Below, one piece after another: positions 25,564 to 36,804 of a stretch of 64,000 bases of DNA; the stretch's first letter is position 1, and every line of letters starts with the position of its first letter. The DNA is from Callorhinchus milii. Its lineage: Eukaryota. Below the pieces are notes generated by a model. It was not told the DNA's origin, did not search any database, and saw only the letters and a list, made by a program, of their open reading frames with translations. The stretch spans positions 102,922,001-102,986,000 of the forward strand of contig NW_024704742.1 in assembly GCF_018977255.1 (NCBI RefSeq), written 5' to 3'. The position numbers and the translations under genes were made by a program.

Positions 25564-26677
25564 GCTCCTTCCCTCACCTCCTTCAAGGAGCATCTTAAGA
25601 CCTTTTTCTTTGACGGTGCCTTCAGTCATTGTTCTCACCCCGACTCCCCCTTGACCCCACTCCTCTCTAATCTAACCCCCAGCTTGGGTGCAAACGCTGA
25701 CTGTCCAGCACCTTGAAATGGGAAAGACACTATATAAATGCAATTGTTGTTGTTATTAGTCCAGATAAGCTCTCAAGGGGGACAAGAATAAAAAGCAAAT
25801 CTTCAGAGAGAGAAACCTCATTATTTCAGGTTTTCCTCTGCCAAAAACCCTCTCTATTTTAGCTTGATTAAAAGAGTAGCAAAAATTTGTAGATGTTGTT
25901 TACCAGCATATTATAAAAGGGAAGAAGTTCTGGATGTGGTGTCAAATCTGGTGTTGGCAGCATTCCAAACATAGGCAAAGCTGTCAATAAAAGTTCAGTG
26001 ATAAGGTATGTAAATTCTGACTCTTCTGTTTAACGTTTCTACAGACAACAAAAATGAAGCAAGAATGCCAGTGTAAAAATGTTTGAGAACTGCATTTTAC
26101 TCCATCCAGTATTGGGTTTTCAAAATGAACTTGGGGAAAGGCGCTATGCAAATGTAATGTTGTTGTTGTCGTTCGTCATCTACCATCTACCACATTGAAG
26201 TAGATGTCCATTGAGTAACTGAAGGGAAAACTATTAGATAGTATTGCTGAACTCAAAACAGAGAATAGAGTTACTTTGCTTGTAACATACGTTCACATTG
26301 TCAACCTTTGCACTTTCAGTACTTTTAATCTTTGGCGAATGAACATTGAGTTTCTGATTATCATTGTTTCTCTCTCCCATTGTGTAAGTCACTGTAAATT
26401 GTTTCCTTCAATTGCAAAAATGAAACATTAAGGGGAAACATTTTCTACCACTTGTTGGTTGTGTCAGACAACTCAGTTCACTTTGGGTTTGCTACTGCTG
26501 CAGAAAAAGACTTTTCCTCATCCTCCTGCATCCAAGTGGAAAAGAAGATAATTGGCATTTTTCAAACCTTACATGTTTGAAGGTGTCTCACATGGTCTGA
26601 TATGCCAAAACCCCTTTGCTGTGCTTAAGAATCACCAATGCCACGTGCTGAGAACTCACAGGAGCAGTTTCCTGGTT

Positions 26678-27005
26678 AATAATAATAATAATAATAATCC
26701 TTGCATTTGATATAGCGCTTTTCACGTCGGGAGGACGTCCCAAAGCGCTTCACAGATCACACTGTAAAGTGAATTGACTGTATATTTGTGGGCAAACGTG
26801 GCAGCCAATTGCGCACAGCAATGTCCCACAAACAGTCGTAGATTGAAAATGACCAATTTATTATTGTTTTTGGTTTTGGAGGGATTATTATTAGGCTCTG
26901 TGTGGAGTAAGGAAACTTGCCCAAGGTTTCGCCCTCTGCCTGGAATTGAACTCAGGTCTCTCACTTGCAAAGCGAGTGCTCTAACCACTGAGCTACAGGA
27001 CTCCA
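26678..27005 (-). mobile_element. Young full-length tRNA-derived SINE
   Basis: Head GGAGTCCTGTAGCTCAGTGGTTAGAGCACTCGCTTTGCAAGTGAGAGACCTGAGTTCAATTCC (A and B boxes); L2-type tail; (TTA)n end. Confidence 0.95.
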
Positions 27006-28544
27006 CTAGTTGCCAGTTCTAGAGCTTGCAATATCTTCCCAGAGAGAGATCCCCCTCAGTATATAAGTATGGGTCAGCAGCAACATGAGGGATTCCAAAG
27101 TACACACTGGGTAGATACTATCTCAAGACCTGCTTTTGGTCATCTTTACCTTCTCTCTCTCCCACAGCTCCCTTTCCCATTATGAAGGAAACACTCTGAT
27201 GTGAAAGGCTCTATATAAATGTAAATGGTGTTGTTGTAGCTGCTGGATTTGAACAGGATAAAAACTATACAGTTTACCGGTGTTAATTGTGAGCTTTATG
27301 CTGCTTATCCAACAAGGCCTGACCAACACACTTGAGCATTATTAGCAGGGTTATCAGTTGTGAATAGGAAGATGTCCCATTTCCTCTCTCCCCTCCCCAA
27401 CTATGTGTCGCCCACAAAATATAGTCAATTCACTTTACAGTATATTCTGTGAAGTACTTTGAAGTGTCTCAATGATGTGATAAGGCACTATATCAAATGC
27501 AAGGAATATTGTTATTATCTATTCCATATCTATTCAGCCAAGACCCATTGATGAGCCAGGCAGGCTGACAAATTGTTGGGTAGCCCCCTGGGATTGTGAT
27601 AACCAGACCTTAATGCAGTATTCCATATTTGACTGAATTAAAGCACTAGAAAATGATCTCTGGAGATTTGAATTCAACTGATTTGGCAATGATGCCCATC
27701 ATCCTTTTCGCATTGTTTATCACTGTCAATCATTGTTTGGACAGCATGAATTTTAATCTAAATACTGCAACACCCTTTATTTCAACAACCCCAGTATCAA
27801 GTCAAAGCAGAGTACACGTGCTTTCAATAATTTTTACTGTCTATATATTGGCATATGTCAGCCAAGCTCAGGTTGGTATTATTTTCCCCTCGACATTTGA
27901 TATAGCGCCTTATCACATCTTCGAGACGTCTAAAAGCGCTTCAGAGAATATACTGTAATGTGAATTGACTGTATATTTTTTGGGTGAAACACAGCAGCCA
28001 ATTGATCACAAACAATTGTGGGTTGAGTGACCAATTTATTATTATTTTTTTGAAGGAATTATTACCCCTAGAAGATATGATAAGGCACTATATAAAATAC
28101 AAGGATTATTATTAATATAGACAGCTGCTTGAATATTGTGATAAAGATTGAGTTAGTGATAGTGATCAGGAACCCTGGACAATGTACCATTATGAGATGT
28201 AAACAAATAACTGGTACAAAGTCTTATGAGGCATGAGTTATAATGAAGTTGTTGCTTAGTTTCCCAACAAATACATTCAACCATTTCTTGTAAAGTATGA
28301 AAACACTAAGCTTCCAGGAAGCCATTATACAAACCCAGTATTGTACTGGAGTGTCAGTGGACTGTGATTAAGCAGAAGCAATTTTTTTTGGAGTCATACA
28401 ACTTCAAGCTCCACTTGACTTAAATAATTGCTTCATTTCTTTTTGATGCTGCAGATGGATGCTGCATTCTAGTAGTTTGGAAAAAATTGACTCAACAACA
28501 ACTTGGTCTTATAATGATAATATATACATATAATATAGTGGCCT

Positions 28545-28870
28545 TATAATAATAATAATCCTTGCATTTGATATAGCACCTTATCACGTTTTCAAAATGT
28601 CTCCAAGCGCTTCACAGAATATGCTGTAAAGTAAATTAGCTGTATATTTTGTGGGTGAAACATGGCAGCCAATTGAGCATAACAGTGTCCTACAAACAGT
28701 CGTGGATTGAGTGACCAAATTATTATATTTTAATTTTTTGATTCGCCAGTCAACTAGCAACTAGGTTCCTACTTACTGCTGGGTAAACAGAGGTGTGTGG
28801 AGTAAGAAAATTTGCCTAACATTTTGCCCTTCCCGGGAATCAAACCCACATCATCTCACTTACTCTAACC
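28545..28870 (-). mobile_element. tRNA-derived SINE, long variant with an extra central domain
   Basis: Same body as the young SINE plus ~50 bp (CCTCTGTTTACCCAGCAGTAAGTAGGAACC...) at 28742-28793. Confidence 0.8.
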
Positions 28871-29919
28871 AGTCCGCCCTGAAGTGGGTTAAGCTTACAA
28901 ACATATACCCACTTTTATTATTGTAATTAATGTAAAATCGGTACCATTCTGTTCCATTTCTCTCACCACATTTGATCTTCAACCTGTTTTAACATTTTTA
29001 TGATTCTTAAGTGTTCATAAAAAACATTTTACATTTTTTTTATCCGATGCATAATCCAACAATTACAGTAAATCATTATTAATAATTATATAAATAAAAA
29101 ATAACCTAACAAGGTTATACTTAAATTGTATTACCACAAAAATTAAAATATTACTTCAGTGGTTATTCCCTTTTTTATGGGCACTCTTCTTTGATTAAAT
29201 ACTGAAATACACAAAATAAATGATACACAAAATAAATCAGAATAAATCAAGTAATATTAAGATAATTGACACCATAACATTTATAATAATTCAAACCACT
29301 AAAATGTGAATGTATTTGACATCATGATGAAACAATTACTAATTTTCTCTCTTATACCTAGCGATGTTCACTCTACCCTGTTGTTTCACGCTCGCATCAC
29401 ATGCCCCAAATTATTTGGTCTTATCTGTAATTCTATGCAGACCCCCATATTCTTTAACTATTGCTCACTTTCTTTATCTTTTACCTTGCAATTATTCAGT
29501 ATATATGGAATGTGGGTAGGATCTGGCTTATACTCCGTGTCCAGAGCAAAGTCAGACCCACCAAGGTCCTCTTTTTAACACATAAATTATATAAACATAA
29601 AGACAGCCTTCATTTTGTTTACTTGCATTTGCAAAATTTTAATTGCTTCTAACTTATGCTAAATCCTATACAAACTTCTTTTTCACAATTTAAAAAGCGT
29701 AATAATACCTTGTGCTCAGGTATTCTTATGGACCGTTCAGTTACAACTTTCTGCAGGGAAAATCTTTTAATCAGGAGTATTGTGGCTGTTCTGATTATTC
29801 TTTTCAAAGGATAGTTAGGGAAGCCCTTGAGTTGACTAATCATATGCAGGTTGGCCTCAAACTCATGCTGTGACTGTTGGCCTTCCCCAAATATTTATTT
29901 GAAGGGTCGCAACATACAG

Positions 29920-30965
29920 CAACAACAACAAAATTAAATTTTGTATAGCGCCTTTCACATTGGGAAGCCGTCCCAAGGCGCTGGACAGACAGAGAGTTAT
30001 GGATCTGAACTGAGGGTCGGGTTGGGGGAGGATGGAAGGCAGGGGGGGAAGCAGGGAGATCCAAAGTGCGGTCGAAGAGGAGGGTCTTGAGTTGGGTCTT
30101 GAAGGAGGTGAGGGAGGGGGCGAGATGGAGGGACTGTGGAATGGAGTTCCAGAGGGTGGGTCAAAATGGCTGAAGGCCCGCCCGTCGATAGTGGGGCGAG
30201 CGAGGCAGGGGATGTGAAGCAGGCCGGAGCCCGGTGAGCGGAGGGAGCAAACAGGGTGGTAGGCGGTTAGGAGATCAGAGAGGTAGGGGGGAGCAAGACT
30301 GTGGAGGGCTTTGAAGGTGAGGACCAGGATCTTGAACCGTATCCTCTGTGTGATGGGAAGCCAGTGGAGTCGGGCGAGGATGGGGGTGATAGGGTCACGG
30401 AGCCTGGTGTGGGAGAGGACATGGGCTGCAGAGTTCTGGATGATCAGCAGCCTATGGAGGGAGGAGTTGGGAAGGCCGACAAGCAGTGAGTTTACATAGT
30501 TGCATAGGGATAGAAAGGATAGTTGAGGGTCAAACAAGACCCCAAAGTTCCGGACTGGCTTAGCAAGGTGGAGTGTGCAACCATGGATGGTGAGGAACCT
30601 TCAAGTGCCTGAGGTGTGGAGGCGCTGATGGGAGCCAATCAGGAGAGCCTCGGTCTTGTTGACATTCAACTGAAGAAAGTTAGCTCTCATCCAGGACTTG
30701 ATGACTGACAGACATTCTGTCAGGACAGCAGTGATCCTGGAGTCAAGGGTGGAGGCAGAGAGGTAGAGTTGGGAGTCATCTGCATACATGTGGAAGTTGA
30801 CCCCATGTCTGCGGATGATGTCACCAAGAGGGAACATTTAGATATTGAAAAGGAGACCAAGGACAGAGCCCTGAGGAATGCTGCACGAGACGGTCTGGGG
30901 ACTAGAGGAGAAGCCGTTTGAGGAGATGAAGTCCAGGCGATGTGAAAGGTACGATCTGAACCAAT
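29920..30965 (-). mobile_element. L2 LINE, 5'-truncated
   Basis: [15 protein letters not shown] and HWLPITQRIRFKIL; (AAC)n tail. Confidence 0.9.
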
Positions 30966-32289
30966 CATAAAGACCCCATAAAGACCTCGGAAACTCATCA
31001 TGCCTGTCATATGAATTTAGAGATCAATTTGTTTTTGATCAGTTAAATCTTGTTTAAATTTATCTTGCTCTTTGGCTGGCCAATTGCCATCAATTTTTTT
31101 TTCCTTTTTTTTTTCGGAATGTTTGCCAAAATATTTTCTGTAGCCAAAATATTTTTTATAAGCATCAGCAAGTGGTGTCGTTGGATGACACCATATCAGG
31201 TCTGAATTGGCCTTGCTCATATGTGAGCAACTTCGCAAATGATTTTTTTTGGTCAACCAGTTTTAGAGACTGGGTTAAGTTTACGTGTTTTTTACACTAA
31301 TTTTGAATAAAACTGATTCCCAGCCAGGTGCTATAAAAAAAAGTAAATGTCCTGTTTGTATTCTACTATTTTTCAAAAAAAAGAACTCTGATTATTACTT
31401 TTAATCTAATTACCATTTAAAAAAATATTTTATCAAAATTAGTTTGGTTTTTCAATTGTCTCTTCCATCATTTTATTCTACGCTTTTTACTCCGTAACAT
31501 AATAAGAAAAGTGAAAATTATCCTCTCAGTTTTTATTCGAGGTTATTTCAGGAATCTCCTTCTATTTATTGATCCCAGTAAAGGCCTCTAATTGTCAATC
31601 AATCCCTCCATGAACTCTATCTCCTCCTTGTATGTTATACATTGGAAGGGCAGTTGCCTGGCTTTGAAAAGCTCACAGCTTTTTGAACTCAGAATTTATT
31701 TGTTCTACCAAATTTTTTAGTTCCAAATTAGCACTTTTCTCTTCATGTCTATAATATTTTGTCATATGTCCGATTTTACCACAGTTCTCCCATTTTGTTT
31801 TGGATCTACGATCAGGACTAATGTGTCCCTTTTTGCCACAAGTTTTGCATTCTATTTTCTTACACTCAGACCTGAAATGTCCCGGTCTCCTACAATGGTA
31901 ACAAACCACTCGTGTCTTTGCACCTGTAGTTTCTTTCTTTTCTTTGCCATGGAAATTTGTCTTTTCCTTACCAACTGCAAAGCTCCCTTATTTTTCCACA
32001 TCTTTTTAGGTTTATTTTCCACTAATGTGGCTACTTTATGACTTTTAAAATTTTCTTTCTCACTCTGCTTGCCTCCCACTTCATTAACATTCTCCTTGTG
32101 GTCGATTTCTCATTATGGTCCTCATTTTCCCTATCCCAGGTCTCTTCGAAACTAGCCTTATAAGATGATGAGGAATGGCTAATAATCACTCTGTGCCACC
32201 TTTCTGTAAAGTGACCCACATCACTACAATCTAGTCCTGGGCCAAATGTTCGATCGAATGCTTCCCATAATCTGTCTATGTAACATTTG

Positions 32290-32607
32290 TGGAGTCCTGT
32301 AGCTCAGTGGTTAGAGCACTCGCCTCTCATGCAAGAGACCTGGGTTCGATTCCCGGCAGGGTGAAACCTTGGGCAAGTTTCCTTACTCCACACGCCTGAT
32401 AATAATCCCTCAAGAAAAAAAAACAATAATAAATGGGTTACTTCAATTCACGATTGTTTGTGGGACACTGCTGTGCACAATTGGCTGCCGTGTTTCGCTC
32501 ACAAATATACAGTCAATTCACTTTACAGTATATTCTGTGAAGCGCTTTGAGATGTCTAGAAGACGTGAAAAGCGCTATATTAAATGCAAGGATTATTATT
32601 ATTTATT
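32290..32607 (+). mobile_element. tRNA-derived SINE inserted in gag
   Basis: Full head and (TTA)n tail; ATTTG direct repeat at 32285-32289 / 32608-32612; removing it restores the gag frame EHPKCYIDRLW. Confidence 0.92.
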
Positions 32608-32729
32608 ATTTGGGATGTTCATCTGGTATCTGTCTACACTTGTGCAACCCTGTACTCGGATCTCCTCTATCATATCCTACAGCATTTAAGATATTCCTTT
32701 TTAAGTCATTTAGCTCACCTTTATTCACG

Positions 32730-32912
32730 CCGCGATGAGCACAGAAGCCTAGGGTACGGGTCCGGGTGGAGCCGCCATGGGTGCAATTCTTGGTGGTCGT
32801 AGCAAATATTCAAACGAGAACTTTGCAGACCGAAGTGGAGAAGGGTTCCATATGAACAGCAGTTGAACATGGGTCAGTCGGTCCTGAAAGATAGGCGACT
32901 GCCATTCCAAAG
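32730..32912 (+). pseudogene. 28S rRNA fragment (dispersed pseudogenic copy)
   Basis: GAAGCCTAGGG..GGGTGGAGCCGCC..CTTGGTGGT.GTAGCAAATATTCAAACGAGAACTTTG..CCGAAGTGGAGAAGGGTTCCAT.TGAACAGCAGTTGAACATGGGTCAGTCGGTCCTGA is the conserved LSU core, here with substitutions; only 183 bp. Confidence 0.93.
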
Positions 32913-33955
32913 TCACGTCGGAATGGTATTAATGGTATCTTACCATTAATGTTATGGTATTAAAAATTGGTGTAGATAATATATCTACTAATAACCTAAA
33001 ATGTTCTGTGTCATCACTTGTATTCTGTATTGTTACATGCTCTACCTCGTTGGGATGACAGTATGCGTCTCGTTTTCCATCAAATTTGGGAATAGTATTT
33101 GCCATCCCTTGTAATTGCAGTGTGTCGTATGGTATTCGCATTCTAGCTAAGATTTTTTCTTTTCATTTTCCTTATTTTGTCCGTTTTCTAGAACATTCCT
33201 TAACTTGCGTACTTCTTCTTTGGAGCTAACTAGTTTCTTTTCCAACTCCTGTATCTTTGCTCGTTTAAGCTGCATTGGAGTTTCTTTCAATTCCAGGTGA
33301 GCTTTAGGTTCGCTAAAGCTCTAAGTGTATATTAACGCAAATAATAATGCGTTATTTTTTAACGCATCACAAAGCCTTCCACACATCTCAATTGAAGTAT
33401 CACTTGCTAGTGTGTTTTCTGAAAGCTCCACCTGCTATTTCCATATACCTAAGCTCGCTGATGGTATCTCAGCATTATTGAATCTCCGTATCCCTCTCAG
33501 CCAGGGCATCCCAAAGTTTAAGTTCTCTCACTTTGACTTCTGCCTCTTTAGCCAAGACATTCTGAAGTTCACATTCACTGTCTTTGACTTCTGTCTCTCT
33601 AGCCAGAGCTTTCTGAAGTTCAAGTTCTCTCACTTTGACTTCTAGCTCTCTAACACATCTTTTCTTGTCAATAAACAAATAAATGAGAAAGGAGAGGATG
33701 GAGTCAATGAAGTAAATGAAGGTCCCTATGATCATTAGCCACGAAATAGGATCAGACAATATCGGATAATATATCCAGTTATACAGGACATAATATTGGC
33801 TGGTATAACTGCCATGTCTCAGTATAATTAACTCCACCCCATCAGTATACACCAACAATCAATCTCCAACTCACTAAACATAACATCAAGTTACACCAAT
33901 ACTTAATTTCTAAACAATATTAAAGATTTGTATTTTCCCACATCGACACAACAGC

Positions 33956-33973
33956 GTCCCTGTTAGGACGCCA
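33956..33973 (-). promoter_or_regulatory. Primer-binding site, tRNA-Lys(UUU)-type
   Basis: TGGCGTCCTAACAGGGAC matches the Lys3 PBS TGGCGCCCGAACAGGGAC at 16 of 18 positions. Confidence 0.85.
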
Positions 33974-33974
33974 A

Positions 33975-34759
33975 TTAAGGGTTAATTTATTTTTATGACC
34001 CTGCGGTGAAGTAATGGATTGACACAAATATTGTACAATTAATCAAGGTTTATTAGTTCAGATTAATAACGGTTATAAGTAATTAAAAGAATACATCCAA
34101 TTATGCTTTTACATACCCACATATACTGCAGCTCAAAACAATTTAAGTTGACCAAACCAAATGCTGCGGGAGAACTAGAGGAGCAATGTCCAATTTAATG
34201 ACCCATTTGAATCCAAATACAAGTTCTCAAAAGATATCCAAGTATTGTTGTACAGTTTCCAGTCTGGTATCACCCAAGTGTATCCATGTATTATTGTACG
34301 CTTCCCAGTTCGATATCACCCAAGAGTATCCAGGTATTATTGTACGTTTAGAGTTGTTTAAATCGTAGTCTTGATCTTCTTTCTTTAGAAGCTGGAATAT
34401 GAGTTACGATTCCAAGTTCCAATTTCTTCCTTCTCTTTCGAATTGATCTCCGTTTATACTGTTGATTCGGTGACCTTTCGCCTATTGTCTTTTGCAAGAT
34501 TGTTCCTTTGTAAAAGCAAATGCAACATAGCTCTCTCCAGCTGCAGACCGTTCTTTCATGAGAAAATGACTGATAAGGAATGAAAACAATTTGTTGTTTA
34601 TAAACAGTCTTTTGTTCCTCCTCCTTGAGCAAGGATATTCTTTGAAGCTAGTCACAACCAACTCCCCTCATATGAGATTGATCATATGTTTCAAATATAT
34701 ATAAACATCGCAAATATAATTTGAGATATTATTTAACACATTAATTACAGAATCCTACA
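33975..34759 (-). repeat. 5' LTR (~785 bp)
   Basis: Starts TGTAGG; TATAAA (34458-34453) and AATAAA (34054-34049) on the - strand; three ~46-bp internal tandem repeats (34231-34346); abuts the PBS. Confidence 0.75.
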
Positions 34760-34766
34760 AAAAAAA

Positions 34767-36735
34767 CAAGATGAGAATCCCATGCATCCAATCTACACTT
34801 GGAGATCCCAAAGATAGATTGTTGGAATGTAATGCGAACTCTCTCCCTGGAAGGATGCCTTTAGAGAAGTATTAGAAGTAATATTTGGAAGATCGATGAA
34901 GCAAGCTGGGTTAGACAGGTTCTTGACTATTGGCCATAAATCAACCCCTGGAGCGAGGTCGAATTCGACACCTGGAGCAGCCCCTGGCCTGCACGTGAGC
35001 GTGACCGAACAAGGTTCGAGGCCAGCACCAGCGCAGAGTTCGATGCCCCAAACAGTGCTCAGATCCAACCTGGGAACCGAGGCCCATCTACCCGAGCTGG
35101 GGAGAGCCATCGTGAGATTCACCACCGTGGCCATGGTGGCCATCACTAACTCTCCTGGTCAAGAGTCAACCAGAGGCCGGCTGCTGCGTGATCACATCCG
35201 CCCACCACCTTTGAATCTCTCAGCCTGGACTGCACTGTTCGGTGCATTGTCCCCTCTCCCCATGATTACTCTCACCAGTGGGCTAACCATTCCTCGATGA
35301 CCCCCCCACCCCCCGCCACTTGCTTTCAGTCTCAGCGTGTGCATTTTGGCTGCCGCCACCGACCCGAACTGCTTCCCCATAATCTCTGTCCTCTACCGTC
35401 AATTGTTCCCTCTCAGTCCTCCCCTCCCACCGCCCTCCCCGACTCCTATCCCTGCTCAACTGTCCCACTGCCTCCCTCTGCTCCAGCCTGCGAATCCTCC
35501 GTCGGGCCCACCATGGGAGTTCCCGCTGGCTGTCCAACAGCAGCCACTCTGACTGCCTGATCCCCCATTCTCGCTGCAAGACTCACTGGTTCCTGACTAC
35601 AGGGGCCAACCTCTCCTTCCTGATCCACATCCCTACCCTCCCTATCAGTCCTCCCACTCCCCCGCCTCTCCGCCCACTTTCCCCCACCATCTGTCCCCTC
35701 CGCATTGGTCTACAAAACGTCCGCTCCCTCTCCAACAAAACGCACATCATCCAAGACCTCATCGTGAACACATTGACGATCACTCCAGGGACACCTTCCC
35801 CCTGATAGAGGCCACACCACCCGTCTGCACCTTCCATCACACCCCTCAACCTAACCACCATTGTGGTGATGTGGCTATCATCTCCTGGTCCCAGCTCAGC
35901 CTATCCCCTTACTCCTCGGGAACCTTCCCCTCCGTTATCACTCCTCTTAACCTATCCCTCAAAATTCTCCTTATCTACCACCCCCCTAAGCCCTCCCCCA
36001 CCATCATCCCTGACATCTCCACCTTTCTATCTTTCCTCTCCCCCTATTCTGAACGCCTCCTCATCCTAGGCGACTTCAACCTTCACTTCAACCCCTCCTG
36101 CTCTACTCTGTTGACTTTTCTCCCTTATCTCTTCCCTCAACCTCTCCCTCCACATCCACTCCACCATCCATGTCCGCGGTCACCCCCTTGACCTGATGAT
36201 CACTCAGGGTCACCGTCTCGGACCTCACCATCATCGACAAAGCGATCTCAGACCATCACTTCATCTCCCTTAACTCCTGAATCGCTCTCCTCGTTCACTC
36301 TTCTCCACAGCTCCCTCTCCTCCACTCTTGATTCCCTCGCTCCCCTTTCTTCCCGAACCATCTAATAATCCTTGCATTTGATATAGCGCTTTTCACGTCG
36401 GGAGGACGTCCCAAAGCGCTTCACAGAATAGACTGTAAAGTGAATTGACTGTATATTTGTGGGCGAACGCGGCAGCCAATTGCGCACAGCAATGTCCCAC
36501 AAACAGTCGTAGATTGAAAATGACCAATTTTATTATTGTTTTTTGTTTTTTGGAGGGATTATTATTAGGCGTGTGGAGTAAGGAAACTTGCCCAAGGTTT
36601 CGCCCTGCCTGGAATTGAACTCAGGTCTCTCACTTGCAAAGCGAGTGCTCTAACCACTGAGCTACAGGACTCCATCTACTACTCACGCAAATCACCTTGG
36701 TAAACCAGCCACCACCGCTCCCTTAAAGCTCAGAC
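34767..36735 (+). mobile_element. L2 LINE 5' portion (5' region + APE), interrupted by a SINE
   Basis: Colinear with 21680-23480; LQNVRSLSNK, LLIYHPPK and LILGDFNLH. Confidence 0.88.
36363..36674 (-). mobile_element. Young tRNA-derived SINE
   Basis: Near-identical to 26678-27005; CCATCTA repeated at both junctions. Confidence 0.95.
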
Positions 36736-36804
36736 TCTTCAAAGCCCTCCACGTGAAAGGCGATTTACAAATGTAATTTTGTTATTGTTGTCCACTCCTT
36801 AGCT

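Larger units (their letters stand above)
31673..33735 (-). pseudogene. gag: gag pseudogene: hydrophobic N-terminus, coiled-coil repeats, capsid-like region, three zinc knuckles
   Basis: EVKVRELELQKALARET-like 17-aa repeats; NILNAVGYDRGDPSTGLHKCRQIPDEHPKCYIDRLWEAF after removing insertions; CYHCRRPGHFRSEC, CKTCGKKGHISPD(R), (W)ENCGKIGHMTKY(Y). Confidence 0.8.
29000..34759 (-). mobile_element. Decayed retrovirus-like / Gypsy-like LTR element (5' LTR, PBS, gag, remnant pol)
   Basis: LTR 34759-~33975, PBS 33973-33956, gag ~33735-31673 with CCHC knuckles; weak RT-thumb-like remnant ~31020-31250. No 3' LTR found; the left boundary is uncertain. Confidence 0.75.

Noticed and set aside
26935..27005. 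tRNA gene (Ala-TGC-like) at the SINE heads
   Set aside because: A/B boxes and an anticodon-like arm are present, but there is no proper acceptor stem and each runs into a SINE body and tail.
26722..27022. Recurrent 80-115 aa ORFs (MESCSSVVRALALQ…, MTVYLWAN…)
   Set aside because: Chance frames through near-identical SINE copies.
28880..29830. 3' LTR or env of the retrovirus-like element
   Set aside because: No match to the 5' LTR and no convincing env frame; only faint pol-like words (FLNCEKE, CDAS).
32730..32912. Functional rDNA locus
   Set aside because: Only 183 bp, mutated at conserved positions and embedded in a retroelement.
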